A DNA stretch of 64,000 bases from Patescibacteria group bacterium (GTDB lineage Bacteria > Patescibacteriota > Patescibacteriia > UBA9934), in contig JBAZXR010000001.1 in the NCBI GenBank assembly GCA_041659765.1, forward strand, positions 44,537 through 108,536, in the 5' to 3' direction. Below are positions 8,226 through 17,522 of the stretch, piece by piece. Position 1 is the first letter of the stretch. Each line of letters opens with the position of its first letter. Both the position numbers and the translations under genes were made by a program. Under the pieces are notes generated by a model. It saw only the letters and a list, made by a program, of their open reading frames with translations. It was not told the DNA's origin and ran no database searches.

Positions 8226-8679
8226 AGGCTTGAGCCTGATGTGCGGCTTCGATGGGGTCTACCGCTTCGGAGCGCGGAGCGGCGGGGTAGAGGTTTTCCA
8301 TTTCGCGCTTGAGCTTCTCGAGGACTTTGGTGAACAGGTCTTCCACCACGAACGGCACCTGGAGTTCCAGTCCGTCCTTAGCCCTGGCTTCGTCCTTCAG
8401 GTATCGGCTGATGCCGGGGCCGGATTGGTAGGCCAGGCCGCGGATGAGTTCGTCCCAGGCTTTCTTCACGCATTCATCGGAGAACTGATCGGTGGTGTCC
8501 AGACGCCAAGAGGTGATTTGGACTTCGCGGCCGTTCCAGTTGAAGCTGAGTTCCTGCAGGTAGACGGGCTTTTGGTCTCCTTTGTGTTCGAAATAACCCT
8601 GGTGGACTGAGGCCGAGCCTTCGACCTTGTGGGAGTGGTCGATTGTTTCGGAGAATGCAGACACGGAGAGCGGTGGCAT
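8224..8679 (-). CDS. Hypothetical protein (~151 aa)
   Basis: GAGGAG SD before ATG 8679 within ORF 8224..8763; protein-like composition. Confidence 0.65.
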   Translation of the reverse strand: MPPLSVSAFSETIDHSHKVEGSASVHQGYFEHKGDQKPVYLQELSFNWNGREVQITSWRLDTTDQFSDECVKKAWDELIRGLAYQSGPGISRYLKDEARAKDGLELQVPFVVEDLFTKVLEKLKREMENLYPAAPRSEAVDPIEAAHQAQA

Positions 8680-8759
8680 GGGACTCCTCGGGGGGGCGGG
8701 GACTCTATAACACAACACGGCCCCCGGTGAAAAGGGCCGTGCACGGTATGGTCGCGTGA

Positions 8760-9122
8760 TCACTTGAGGATGTCCGCTGCGCGGTCACGCCTCTTTAAGA
8801 ACTGCCTGACCAGATCGATGATAGCGTTCTGGATTTCCATGACGCTGTCTGAGGCCCGTCGCCACATAAAATCGCTCTGGACGGTTTGGTTGACCACTTC
8901 GTCTGTCAGCCAGTCGGCAATGCCGCTGGGCGTTTCCTGGGGCCCGGATTCGAGAGTGATCTCATCCGACCCTGGGTCATCGGCATCGTATCCGTAGCAC
9001 AGGTCAATCATCTTCACTTTGGCGGCTGTTTGCTCCGGATTCACAAGGAGCGCACACATATACCGGCCGTCGCCGGCCGTGAACCGTTCTTCTTTGGGTT
9101 CGCTGTCGGGGTCGTCAGGCAT
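8760..9122 (-). CDS. Hypothetical acidic protein (120 aa)
   Basis: AAAGGAGG SD before ATG; open frame. Confidence 0.65.
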   Translation of the reverse strand: MPDDPDSEPKEERFTAGDGRYMCALLVNPEQTAAKVKMIDLCYGYDADDPGSDEITLESGPQETPSGIADWLTDEVVNQTVQSDFMWRRASDSVMEIQNAIIDLVRQFLKRRDRAADILK

Positions 9123-9180
9123 GGTGCCTCCTTTGTGGTTCCACCTTAACCTTAGCGAAAAATCCGGTATAATGCAACAT

Positions 9181-9678
9181 ATGCCTCATGGCCACTTCAT
9201 GCGCGGAACCAGGCTTGATTATCTATTGGTAATCGGGCTTTTGATAATTCTAGTGATTGTGATTGCGCTGGCGGTGAATCCTGTTCGTTCATTGTCACTT
9301 GCTCGAGACAGTCAGAGAAGCGATGACGTTCGCCAGATCATGACCTCTATTCTGACCCTCTCCCAGCAAAAGAGTGATAAATACGACGCCCTTCTTCGCC
9401 GGCTCAAGGCTAACGAGGGTGAGAAGTATCTCCTCGGCACTGGTTCCTCGTGCGCCGGCGACTGGGGGAGATTTTGTCCGACCGAACAGATCGCTGATAA
9501 CTGTCTGCCTCCCGAAGAAATCTTCCCAACTGCAGAAGACGCCCCAACTGACCCTTCTCATTCACTTTTCGGCTCCTTCGGCACCGGCTACTACGTCACT
9601 GCCCATGACGACATGATTGAGGTTGGTTCATGCGGGGCTGATACCGGCATTATTCAATTGGAGACTTTTGCCCCGTAG
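9181..9678 (+). CDS. Type IV pilin-like protein with a degenerate cleavage motif
   Basis: RG-TRLDYLLVIGLLIILVIVIALAVNP...ARDSQRSDDVRQI resembles a CPR pilin N-terminus; Cys pairs; TATAAT 7 nt before ATG. Confidence 0.65.
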   Translation: MPHGHFMRGTRLDYLLVIGLLIILVIVIALAVNPVRSLSLARDSQRSDDVRQIMTSILTLSQQKSDKYDALLRRLKANEGEKYLLGTGSSCAGDWGRFCPTEQIADNCLPPEEIFPTAEDAPTDPSHSLFGSFGTGYYVTAHDDMIEVGSCGADTGIIQLETFAP

Positions 9679-9681
9679 CTT

Positions 9682-9710
9682 TTGACGGAAAGACCACTTT
9701 CGACTACTAT
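9682..9710 (+). promoter_or_regulatory. sigma70 promoter implying a leaderless infB transcript
   Basis: TTGACG-17-TACTAT, with the ATG only 6 nt after the -10 box. Confidence 0.7.
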
Positions 9711-9716
9711 CTTGGC

Positions 9717-11741
9717 ATGAATATTTCGGAACTCGCGCGACGCCTACGGGTGTCCACAGAAGAATTGAGAAGCAAGCTGCCGGAGCTTGGTTTTGACATT
9801 GGAGGAAAGGCGTTGAAGATTCCAGATCGTGACGTGGGAAAGATTCAAAACGCCTGGCAGGATTTGAAAAAGCGCCAGTATCTCCAGAAGAAAATGGAGG
9901 ACCAGAAGCTTCGCGCTGAGAAGAAGCTCCAGGTGCTTTCTGGTACGGCTGAACACGTAAAGATTCCGGGCAAGATTACAGTGCGCGAGTTTTCGACTCT
10001 CCTGAACTTGCCGGTGCAGAAAGTGATGCAGGAACTGATGCGTTCCGGTATTTTGGCGTCTTTGAACGAGCCGATCGACTTTGAGTCAGCTTCTATTATT
10101 GCCGAGGACTTGGGCTTCATTGCCGAGCCTGCAGAACTTCAGACTGAGTCTTTGCTTGGTGCTGGTGAGGACAGACTTGCGAAGGCTCGTGAAGACGAGA
10201 AAGCAGTAGGCGCACACTTCGTGACGCGTCCTCCAGTTATTGTCGTCATGGGCCACGTTGACCACGGCAAGACATCGCTTCTCGACGTCATCCGTAAGGA
10301 GAACGTCATGGCTGGTGAAGCTGGCGGTATCACGCAGCACATTGGCGCGTACCAGGTTGTTCGCAATGATCGTCTTTTGACCTTCATCGACACCCCAGGT
10401 CACGAAGCGTTTACGGTTATGCGTTCCCGCGGTGCGAAAGTGGCGGACATTGCTATTCTAGTTGTCGCAGCGGACGACGGCGTACAGCCCCAGACCAAAG
10501 AAGCGGTAGATATTATTAAGGCCGCCAAGCTGCCGTTCATTGTTGCGATTAACAAGATCGATAAAGACAACGCGAACATGGAGCTCGTGAAGAGCCAGTT
10601 GGCAGAACTCGGCCTGGTCCCAGAAGATTGGGGAGGGAAGACGGTTTGTGTTCCTATTTCTGCAAAAAAGAATTTGCACATTGATCAGCTCCTCGACGTC
10701 TTGCTTCTCGTCACAGACATGGAGAAGGACAACATTGTTGCCAACCCAGAACGTAAGGCACTCGGAACGATTATCGAGTCCAGAATCGACAAAGGCCAGG
10801 GACCGGTGGCGACCATCATCGTTCAGACGGGAACATTGCGTGTCGGCGACGTGCTGTCTGTCGGCGGATATTTGTACGGCAAGGTTCGTGCTTTGACCAC
10901 CTATGACGGCAAGACGATTAAAGAAGCTTTGCCTTCTACACCGGTGAAGATTCTTGGCTTCAAAGCTGCACCGTCCGTTGGCGATATTCTCGAGGTCCCT
11001 GAAAATCCAGCTGAACTTGAAGACGTGCGTGAAGACGTAAAGCGTTCTAAGAGCGGTGCGCAGGATATTGGTACAAAGACCGCTAAGCCTGCTGAAGGTG
11101 CTGAAGAGGGCAAGACTGACAAGGTCTTTTTGAACCTCATGGTGAAAGCCGACGTACTTGGTTCCCTTGAAGCGCTCGTGGGTATGATTGAAAAGATTGA
11201 GAACCCGCACGTTGGGGTGAAGATTTCATCTAAGGGTCTTGGTAATATTACGGATGTAGACGTGGCCAAGGCAGAAGCGACGAACTCCGTTATCTACGGT
11301 TTCAACGTGAAGTCCAGCACTACTGCCGCTGATGCTGCTCGCACAAAGAACATTGATCTCGAGTTACATACGGTCATTTATCGAATCTTCGAGAATGTCG
11401 TCGAGCGTCTCAAGAAACTCATTCCGTCTGAGAACATTTATACGGAACTTGGTACGGGTGAAGTCCTCGCACTCTTCAAGAAGACAGAAAAAGGACAGAT
11501 TGTGGGCGCTAAGGTGAAGAAGGGCAAGTTTGTTCCTGGCGCTGTTGTCCGCGTGCTCCGTGCCGGCCAGATTATGGGCGAGGGACGCATTGAAGCCCTC
11601 CAGAGCGGCAAATCCACCGTCAAAGACGTTCTTGCTGGCCAGGATTGTGGACTTTCTTTCCAGGGCAAGACGAAGATTGAAGTTGGTGATACACTCGAAG
11701 CCTACAAAGAAGAACTGCAGGCCAGAACGCTTGCGGTATAA
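9717..11741 (+). CDS. infB: Translation initiation factor IF-2
   Basis: [56 protein letters not shown]. Confidence 0.97.
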   Translation: MNISELARRLRVSTEELRSKLPELGFDIGGKALKIPDRDVGKIQNAWQDLKKRQYLQKKMEDQKLRAEKKLQVLSGTAEHVKIPGKITVREFSTLLNLPVQKVMQELMRSGILASLNEPIDFESASIIAEDLGFIAEPAELQTESLLGAGEDRLAKAREDEKAVGAHFVTRPPVIVVMGHVDHGKTSLLDVIRKENVMAGEAGGITQHIGAYQVVRNDRLLTFIDTPGHEAFTVMRSRGAKVADIAILVVAADDGVQPQTKEAVDIIKAAKLPFIVAINKIDKDNANMELVKSQLAELGLVPEDWGGKTVCVPISAKKNLHIDQLLDVLLLVTDMEKDNIVANPERKALGTIIESRIDKGQGPVATIIVQTGTLRVGDVLSVGGYLYGKVRALTTYDGKTIKEALPSTPVKILGFKAAPSVGDILEVPENPAELEDVREDVKRSKSGAQDIGTKTAKPAEGAEEGKTDKVFLNLMVKADVLGSLEALVGMIEKIENPHVGVKISSKGLGNITDVDVAKAEATNSVIYGFNVKSSTTAADAARTKNIDLELHTVIYRIFENVVERLKKLIPSENIYTELGTGEVLALFKKTEKGQIVGAKVKKGKFVPGAVVRVLRAGQIMGEGRIEALQSGKSTVKDVLAGQDCGLSFQGKTKIEVGDTLEAYKEELQARTLAV

Positions 11742-11746
11742 ACTCT

Positions 11747-12058
11747 ATGGAGCTCACTACAGCGAACTTTGATTCACAGATCACGCAGTCTACAACCCCA
11801 GTTGTCGTTGATTTCTGGGCCGTTTGGTGCGGACCATGCAAAGTCATGGGTCCACTCATTGATGAACTCGCCGCAGAAATGCCCGAGGTCTCCTATGCCA
11901 AAGTGAACGTGGATGAGAACTCCGAACTCGCTATGCGTTTCAACGTTCTCTCCATTCCCACCTTTGTGGTCATGAAGGGCGGCAGCGAGGTTGGCCGGTT
12001 TTCCGGAGCGATGAGTAAGGATGCGTTCAAGGAGAGAGTGAAACAAATCACGGGTTAG
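11747..12058 (+). CDS. trxA: Thioredoxin
   Basis: DFWAVWCGPCK active site. Confidence 0.96.
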   Translation: MELTTANFDSQITQSTTPVVVDFWAVWCGPCKVMGPLIDELAAEMPEVSYAKVNVDENSELAMRFNVLSIPTFVVMKGGSEVGRFSGAMSKDAFKERVKQITG

Positions 12059-12072
12059 TTATATTCCAACCG

Positions 12073-12093
12073 CGCCCCGCAAGGGGCGTTTTT
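12073..12093 (+). terminator. Terminator after trxA
   Basis: CGCCCC-GCAA-GGGGCG-TTTTT. Confidence 0.8.
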
Positions 12094-12155
12094 GGTTGAC
12101 GAAAGTCATTTTTTACTATTCAATGCTTCAGCATTTCCTGCGCTGGAGGTTTTAC

Positions 12156-12599
12156 ATGCATCAAGCAGAAGGCTTTGACGGTCCTGTCCAACCGAAAGGA
12201 ACGCTTTTCGTGTTGGAGTCATTGTATCGGGCACATGGTGCTGAGGTGATGAGCGACTACATCATGGGAAGAGTGCGTCTTGGGGTGGGTCTTCGGCAGG
12301 CCGAGACACCTGAGGAATTCGCTACGGTTCTTCCGGCTTGGCGAGGCTGTCTGCTTCCTCCATCGACGTCGAGGTCGAGCTGGCGGTTTTGCAGACCCGA
12401 GCTCAAGCAGGGAAAATCGGATTCGCGTTATGGACGGTGGTTCTTCGGATCTTCTGTCTCGTACTTTGGGGTGTTGCGCGGGTTTTCCGGGTATCTCACT
12501 TGGACTCACCGCACCGGGGATTCTATTGGAGCGGGGATTCTGTGGGAGGAAGGTTGCTCTCCCGATCACGAATTTGCTTGGGAGATGTTCGGCTCATGA
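12156..12599 (+). CDS. Hypothetical protein (~147 aa)
   Basis: GGAGGT SD before ATG 12156; TTGACG promoter-like sequence upstream; followed by a terminator. Confidence 0.6.
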   Translation: MHQAEGFDGPVQPKGTLFVLESLYRAHGAEVMSDYIMGRVRLGVGLRQAETPEEFATVLPAWRGCLLPPSTSRSSWRFCRPELKQGKSDSRYGRWFFGSSVSYFGVLRGFSGYLTWTHRTGDSIGAGILWEEGCSPDHEFAWEMFGS

Positions 12600-12610
12600 T
12601 CCATGACGTT

Positions 12611-12649
12611 CGCCTCAAGTCTTCGGACCTGGGGCGTTTCTTTTTTTTG
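12611..12649 (+). terminator. Terminator
   Basis: CGCCTCA-A-GTC-TTCG-GAC-C-TGGGGCG plus a long T-tract. Confidence 0.75.
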
Positions 12650-12650
12650 T

Positions 12651-12690
12651 TCACAGTAAGGGTCGACGCATGGGTCGACCCTTACTGTGA
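12651..12690. repeat. REP-like palindrome, 17-bp perfect stem
   Basis: TCACAGTAAGGGTCGAC-GCATGG-GTCGACCCTTACTGTGA; its reverse complement matches 36544-36570 at 26 of 27 nt. Confidence 0.8.
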
Positions 12691-12712
12691 GTAGTGCTAA
12701 ACTCCCTTCACT

Positions 12713-13636
12713 ATGGATCATCAATCTCTTGTCATCATCGGTTCTGGACCGGCGGGGTATACGGCAGCTATTTATGCGGCCCGAGCTATGCTTAAGCCGG
12801 TTTTATTTGCGGGGCGTGAACCCGGAGGCCAGCTCATGCTGACGAGCGAAGTGGAGAATTGGCCAGGCGAGCCGACCGGGGTGATGGGGACAGACCTCAT
12901 GGAGAAGCTGAAGAAGCAGGCTGAGAGATTTGATACGGTGATTTTCCAGGACGTGATTACGTCCGTAGATTTTTCGTCGAAACCTTTCACATTGAAGAGT
13001 GAAGGTGGCAAAGAGATGACAGCTGACGCGGTGATTATATCGACGGGCGCATCTGCGAAGTGGATCGGTTGTCCTGGTGAGCGAGAACTGCAGGGCAAAG
13101 GTGTTTCCGCTTGCGCCACCTGTGATGGCTTCTTCTTCCGCGGCAAGGAGATCGTCGTGGTCGGCGGAGGAGACTCGGCCATGGAAGAAGCGAACTTTTT
13201 GACCAGGTTTGCTTCCAAGGTAACGGTGATCCACCGCAGCGAATCATTCCGAGCCAGCAAGATCATGCTCGAACGCGCGCAGCAGAACCCGAAGATTTCC
13301 TTCATCATGGATACTACGGTAGAGGAAGTTCTCGGCGAAGAGAGCATTCGGGCGCTTAAACTCAAGAACACAAAGACCGGAGAAGTGAGCGAATTTCTGA
13401 CACAAGGGTTATTCGTGGCCATTGGCCACAAGCCGAATACGGAGTTATTTGTCGGCACCGTCACGCTCGACCAGAAGGGTTATATTGTGACGGAGGGTAA
13501 ATCTACAAAAACAAATATCCCCGGCGTGTTTGCGTGTGGAGATGTGATGGATCCGTATTACCGGCAGGCCGTTACGGCCGCGGGAACTGGGTGTATGGCG
13601 GCGCTAGAGGCAGAGCGGTTTTTGGCGGGGCACTAG
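12713..13636 (+). CDS. trxB: Thioredoxin reductase
   Basis: GSGPAGYTAAIY, GVSACATCDGFFF, GGGDSAMEEA, YRQAVTAAGTG. Confidence 0.97.
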   Translation: MDHQSLVIIGSGPAGYTAAIYAARAMLKPVLFAGREPGGQLMLTSEVENWPGEPTGVMGTDLMEKLKKQAERFDTVIFQDVITSVDFSSKPFTLKSEGGKEMTADAVIISTGASAKWIGCPGERELQGKGVSACATCDGFFFRGKEIVVVGGGDSAMEEANFLTRFASKVTVIHRSESFRASKIMLERAQQNPKISFIMDTTVEEVLGEESIRALKLKNTKTGEVSEFLTQGLFVAIGHKPNTELFVGTVTLDQKGYIVTEGKSTKTNIPGVFACGDVMDPYYRQAVTAAGTGCMAALEAERFLAGH

Positions 13637-14496
13637 AAAAGGCTATTTTTTATGGCTTTGGCGCCCCAGCGAGCTATCGTTTCACCGCGCCAAAGCAAGC
13701 TAAACAAAATGGCCGTAGCCGGGACAATTACATTTATAATTGGTTTTTTAAGAGGCGGGGCACTGATGGTTGCGGATACGGTTGCGGGGCTCGGGCAAAT
13801 GACGGTTTCAGATATTTGTTCCGTGCTTGGAACGGCCTCCGTTGGGAGCGTTTCGGTTGGGCAGATGGTCGGGACAGTTTCCGGACAGACTAATTGTTCG
13901 GGTATCGGGGCTGCAGACTTTGGCTCTGGGACGTAAATAATCACTGGAGCTGGCGTGGTGGTAGGAGATGGTGTTGGTTGTGCGGGCGGTGGAGGGGGAG
14001 CTGGATTTAGCGTGAAAGTGGCCGAGCCTAGTCCGCTCAAGAGTTCTGAGGCTAGGCCGTCGCCAGATAAAACAGATACGCCCGAGTACGAGATGGTGGC
14101 TGACCCCGTTGTGATCGGCACAAAGGTTATGATAGCCAGCGTAATGTTTGAACCATTTAATCCAGGGCGAGGCTGGCCGCCCGTAAAAGTAATGGTTCCG
14201 GCGTTGTTATCGAACCGCGGATTCATCACCCAAAGTGAGACAGCTGAACCGGAAGTTGAGATAGAGCTAACTTGTAGTTTGCCGGCGGGGAAGGTGATAG
14301 AAGCATCAACGGCGTTAGCGATAATCCCGTTTGTGTTGAGTTTAGCCACGACGCTAAAGCTCGCGCCGACCGTCCCTGAACCGGTTACTGGTGAAAAAAA
14401 TAGATCAGCAGCGTGACTGATATTCGGCCACGCTCCGAATACAAAAAATATAAGTCCAATAAAATTTAGGGCGAATATTTTCAGCGCTTTCGCCAT
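13633..14496 (-). CDS. Secreted, membrane-anchored cohesin-domain protein with a Pro/Thr-rich stalk
   Basis: Signal peptide (SHA-ADL), cohesin-like beta sandwich (NAVDASITFP...LW...P.FDN..GTITFTGG), P/T/E-rich linker, C-terminal hydrophobic segment; start reassigned to 14496. Confidence 0.7.
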   Translation of the reverse strand: MAKALKIFALNFIGLIFFVFGAWPNISHAADLFFSPVTGSGTVGASFSVVAKLNTNGIIANAVDASITFPAGKLQVSSISTSGSAVSLWVMNPRFDNNAGTITFTGGQPRPGLNGSNITLAIITFVPITTGSATISYSGVSVLSGDGLASELLSGLGSATFTLNPAPPPPPAQPTPSPTTTPAPVIIYVPEPKSAAPIPEQLVCPETVPTICPTETLPTEAVPSTEQISETVICPSPATVSATISAPPLKKPIINVIVPATAILFSLLWRGETIARWGAKAIKNSLF

Positions 14497-15365
14497 ACGA
14501 TCTGTTTGGTGACGATTACGAAGGCAATTATACCAACGATGATGAACCAATAGGTCAAGCTAGCATACCAAGCTTTAGGATGAAGCGGCGAAACGTGAAC
14601 TGTTCTGATGTTTCCGGCCTTATCTACGGCCCGTACGTTAAACGCCGAGCTGACCGATTGATCCTTGAGCGGGTAGGGATTAGTAACCCGCACCCACGGG
14701 GTGAAGAAGCCTAAAAGTCCGCCAGCTGGTTCTTGGATTTCATAATGGTCTATTCCAGTACCTTTGTCCTGCGCCACAAAGAAGACCGTCCAGGCATTTT
14801 TGTAGAGCGCTGGAATGTTTGATATTTCCGGGATAAATGGTTCCGGCGGAATGACGTCAGTAAGCGGAGGGATGGTGATGTTTCGGCGAACATCCGGTGC
14901 CAAGACATCTATGCTTGAGTTGCTGATGGAGATCTTTGCAGCTGTTCCTTGCCCGTCATTTTTAAGGAAGAGAGGATCTTTGATTTGAATAGTTCCTTGG
15001 CCTTGGCCAGCGGCGGTGAAGACGACAGAGAAGAGCAGTCCTCGAGCACCAGTGAACCCACCGGGCGTCATCCCGGCAAAATGAATTTCTTGGCCGTTGA
15101 CTTTTGGTTCCTCGACCCAATAGTTAATGATTGACCCGGTGGTGCGAACTTCTTTCACTGCAATAATCTCTTGGGGAAACGACAAAATACCTGAGAATGT
15201 ATTGATTGATTCATTTCCGGTGTTGATGGTGATGTCCGTTTGAAATTCGGCATTCTCGATGACTGATTTTTGTTCTGGGAGGACAGTAACTTGCGCAGCA
15301 AAAAGATTGAGCGGCGAGACAATCGCCGTGAGGGACATGACCACGATGATGTATAGGTATCGCAT
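14481..15365 (-). CDS. Cohesin-domain surface protein with C-terminal TM
   Basis: Signal peptide, INTFSGILSFP...YWVEEP...FAGMTPGG..G, second domain F.AQDKGTGIDHYEI...VRAVDKAGN, TM then RKR. Confidence 0.7.
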   Translation of the reverse strand: MRYLYIIVVMSLTAIVSPLNLFAAQVTVLPEQKSVIENAEFQTDITINTGNESINTFSGILSFPQEIIAVKEVRTTGSIINYWVEEPKVNGQEIHFAGMTPGGFTGARGLLFSVVFTAAGQGQGTIQIKDPLFLKNDGQGTAAKISISNSSIDVLAPDVRRNITIPPLTDVIPPEPFIPEISNIPALYKNAWTVFFVAQDKGTGIDHYEIQEPAGGLLGFFTPWVRVTNPYPLKDQSVSSAFNVRAVDKAGNIRTVHVSPLHPKAWYASLTYWFIIVGIIAFVIVTKQIVWRKR

Positions 15366-15367
15366 AG

Positions 15368-16429
15368 CTATCCTGTCCACCAATATGCAATGATACTTAT
15401 ATCAACCAAGTTCAAACGGCCATCGCCGTTACCGTGGCGAATTTCTAGAATTTTAAATGCGTCTGAGAGTTGCTCTTTGTACCAGTAGAGGCCAATGGAG
15501 AAATCTACTAAATTGACGCGTTGATCCTCATTGTAGTCGCCGGGCATGTAGATGATTGGGGCTGCGCCAAGGGTGAAAGACATGGGGAGACTGAGCGTGC
15601 TAGTCAGATTATTGAGGCTGGCCTGTGCGGTTACAGAGTATGCTCCTGCTAGTCTTAAGGCGGTCGTATTGAATGTAGCGGCGTAAGCACCGTTTGAATT
15701 TGCAGTTACCTGTTGCGTGGCTAGTAATGTTCCTGCGGGAGATGAGAGATTGATCGTGATGGCTGCCCTGGGGGTGCTTTGACCGGTGATTTTAAGCTGG
15801 TCTCCGGGCAAGATGACGGTGGAGACCGGGTTAATACTTGGAGAGATGAAGATATTTGGCGTGGTAACGGTGCCTCCGTTGGCCGTGAGGGTGACGGTTG
15901 TTAACGCCGAGAAGTTGCCAGCGCTATCCGTAGCTTGAAAACCAAAGGTATAGGTTCCGTTTATAAAATTATTCGCTTTAATCAAGAATTCGCCAACTGC
16001 ATCCGCCGTAGTGGTGCCAAATTTTTGTCCGTCTTTAAGGAGGGTGATCGGGCTGCTTGGATAGGCTAGTCCGGTAAAGATTTCATTAGTTGAAGAAACC
16101 ACCACGAGTGGAGTGGAACCGCCGCCGGTTGAGGCGATAGCTGAACATGAGGCAGTATTAAGTGTGCAGCTAGCTGAGCAGCTGATAGAGCCACCGGCGT
16201 AACCTTCAGTGACACAAGTATGGCTGTTCATGTTTGCGCCATCACAGTCTTCCCCAATCTGGATGATGCCGTCGCCACAGCCAAGCACTGTGGCCGTAAC
16301 AGTCACAGTTTCCGTGATGTCTGCTTTAGTTAATTCAACAAAACGCCAAACTCCCGCCGTTAGTAATATGACAGCGAGAGCTATGACTAAAAAACCATGT
16401 GGCCTGTGATTAGACTTGCGTCTTCGCAT
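15368..16429 (-). CDS. Surface protein: Cys-rich repeat, two Ig-like domains and a C-terminal dockerin-like domain
   Basis: CGDGIIQIGEDCDG; duplicated Ca-binding-type motifs GDYNEDQRVNLVDFSI and NGDGRLNLVDISI. Confidence 0.7.
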   Translation of the reverse strand: MRRRKSNHRPHGFLVIALAVILLTAGVWRFVELTKADITETVTVTATVLGCGDGIIQIGEDCDGANMNSHTCVTEGYAGGSISCSASCTLNTASCSAIASTGGGSTPLVVVSSTNEIFTGLAYPSSPITLLKDGQKFGTTTADAVGEFLIKANNFINGTYTFGFQATDSAGNFSALTTVTLTANGGTVTTPNIFISPSINPVSTVILPGDQLKITGQSTPRAAITINLSSPAGTLLATQQVTANSNGAYAATFNTTALRLAGAYSVTAQASLNNLTSTLSLPMSFTLGAAPIIYMPGDYNEDQRVNLVDFSIGLYWYKEQLSDAFKILEIRHGNGDGRLNLVDISIIAYWWTG

Positions 16430-17402
16430 GTGCCCTCTTAATAATCCAGCGGTTATACCGCGTTATAAAGATTATACCAAGAACTAGGGCCACGAAGAGC
16501 GCGGAAATAATGAGTATGAGTGCATGCCACGGAATCATCCAGAATGAGACCTTGGCGTCAGTAGTTTTCCCGTCGGTTCCGTATTCGAGATGAAGTTTTG
16601 CGGTGAATCGGCCGAGGTGAAAATGCGTCAATTCATATTTCACTTGGGATGCAAAACTTAATTCCTCTGGATACTTTATTTCGCTGCCCTGGGAATCCTT
16701 TTCGTTCCAGTATGTTGTTAGCCTCCGGATGCTATCGGGAAGCACGTTGCCATCAGTTGGGTTTGCGTTGAACTCCGTTGTTTTAAGACCGAAAGTATTC
16801 CTAATGGTGACGGTTCCGGATGGTTTTACACGGTCTATACCGGTATTCTTAAAACGATACCAGAAGTCGACCGGCGGGGCAGTGAAGAAAGTCTGATTAT
16901 GTTTAATGCCGAATTCGAGAAGATTTCCTCCCTCCAGAATATCTCCAGAGATACGGAGAAGCATGAGTATTCCGACCTTTGCTCCAAGAGCAACTTCGCC
17001 GGTATTTAGTTCATCCGGTGGAACAGTATTCCAGAATATAGCGGCAAAATTTCCACCAGGGGCGGCGTCATTCGGAATCTCTACTGTGTACGGGACGGTG
17101 AGGCGCTCATGCGGCCCCAGGGTGACTGAGTCGCGGATGGTTATCCAGGTCGGCAGACCCTCTGTTACTTTGGAGAAGACGGGGTTTCCGGATTCTCCTT
17201 CGGCGTCAAACCGCTCGAAGGAAGAGTAATAGGTTATTTCTTTGTCTTCTTCATTTAAAAGAATGATTTCGCCGGTGATGGTTTTGCCTGGATCTCCAAT
17301 TGTTTCAAGCTTAACTGGAGAAACGGTCAGCGCGAATGCATTTTGTGTTAACAGCAAAATGCCGATAACAGATCCAAACATGCCCAAAAGCATTTTTTTC
17401 AT
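16410..17402 (-). CDS. DUF916/WxL-interacting-like protein with C-terminal TM
   Basis: LTVSPVKLE...PG, W..I...VTLGP...VPYTVEIP.DAAPGG, FKNTG...KPSG.VTI.N.FG, LP...R, G.F.AKL.L.YG, TM. Confidence 0.65.
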   Translation of the reverse strand: MKKMLLGMFGSVIGILLLTQNAFALTVSPVKLETIGDPGKTITGEIILLNEEDKEITYYSSFERFDAEGESGNPVFSKVTEGLPTWITIRDSVTLGPHERLTVPYTVEIPNDAAPGGNFAAIFWNTVPPDELNTGEVALGAKVGILMLLRISGDILEGGNLLEFGIKHNQTFFTAPPVDFWYRFKNTGIDRVKPSGTVTIRNTFGLKTTEFNANPTDGNVLPDSIRRLTTYWNEKDSQGSEIKYPEELSFASQVKYELTHFHLGRFTAKLHLEYGTDGKTTDAKVSFWMIPWHALILIISALFVALVLGIIFITRYNRWIIKRAHAKTQV

Positions 17403-17480
17403 ATCAGGTTACTGGTGATCCAGTCTAGACCTATACTCCCAATTCCATTGGGCGTTGTCCACGGAGCAGTCCACACGCCT

Positions 17481-17520
17481 GAAAAGAAAAAGGCCGCCAC
17501 GGGCGGCATTTTTTGTGTTT
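17481..17520 (-). terminator. Terminator or attenuator within the surface operon
   Basis: GCCGCC/GGCGGC stem flanked by A- and T-tracts. Confidence 0.6.
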
Positions 17521-17522
17521 AA

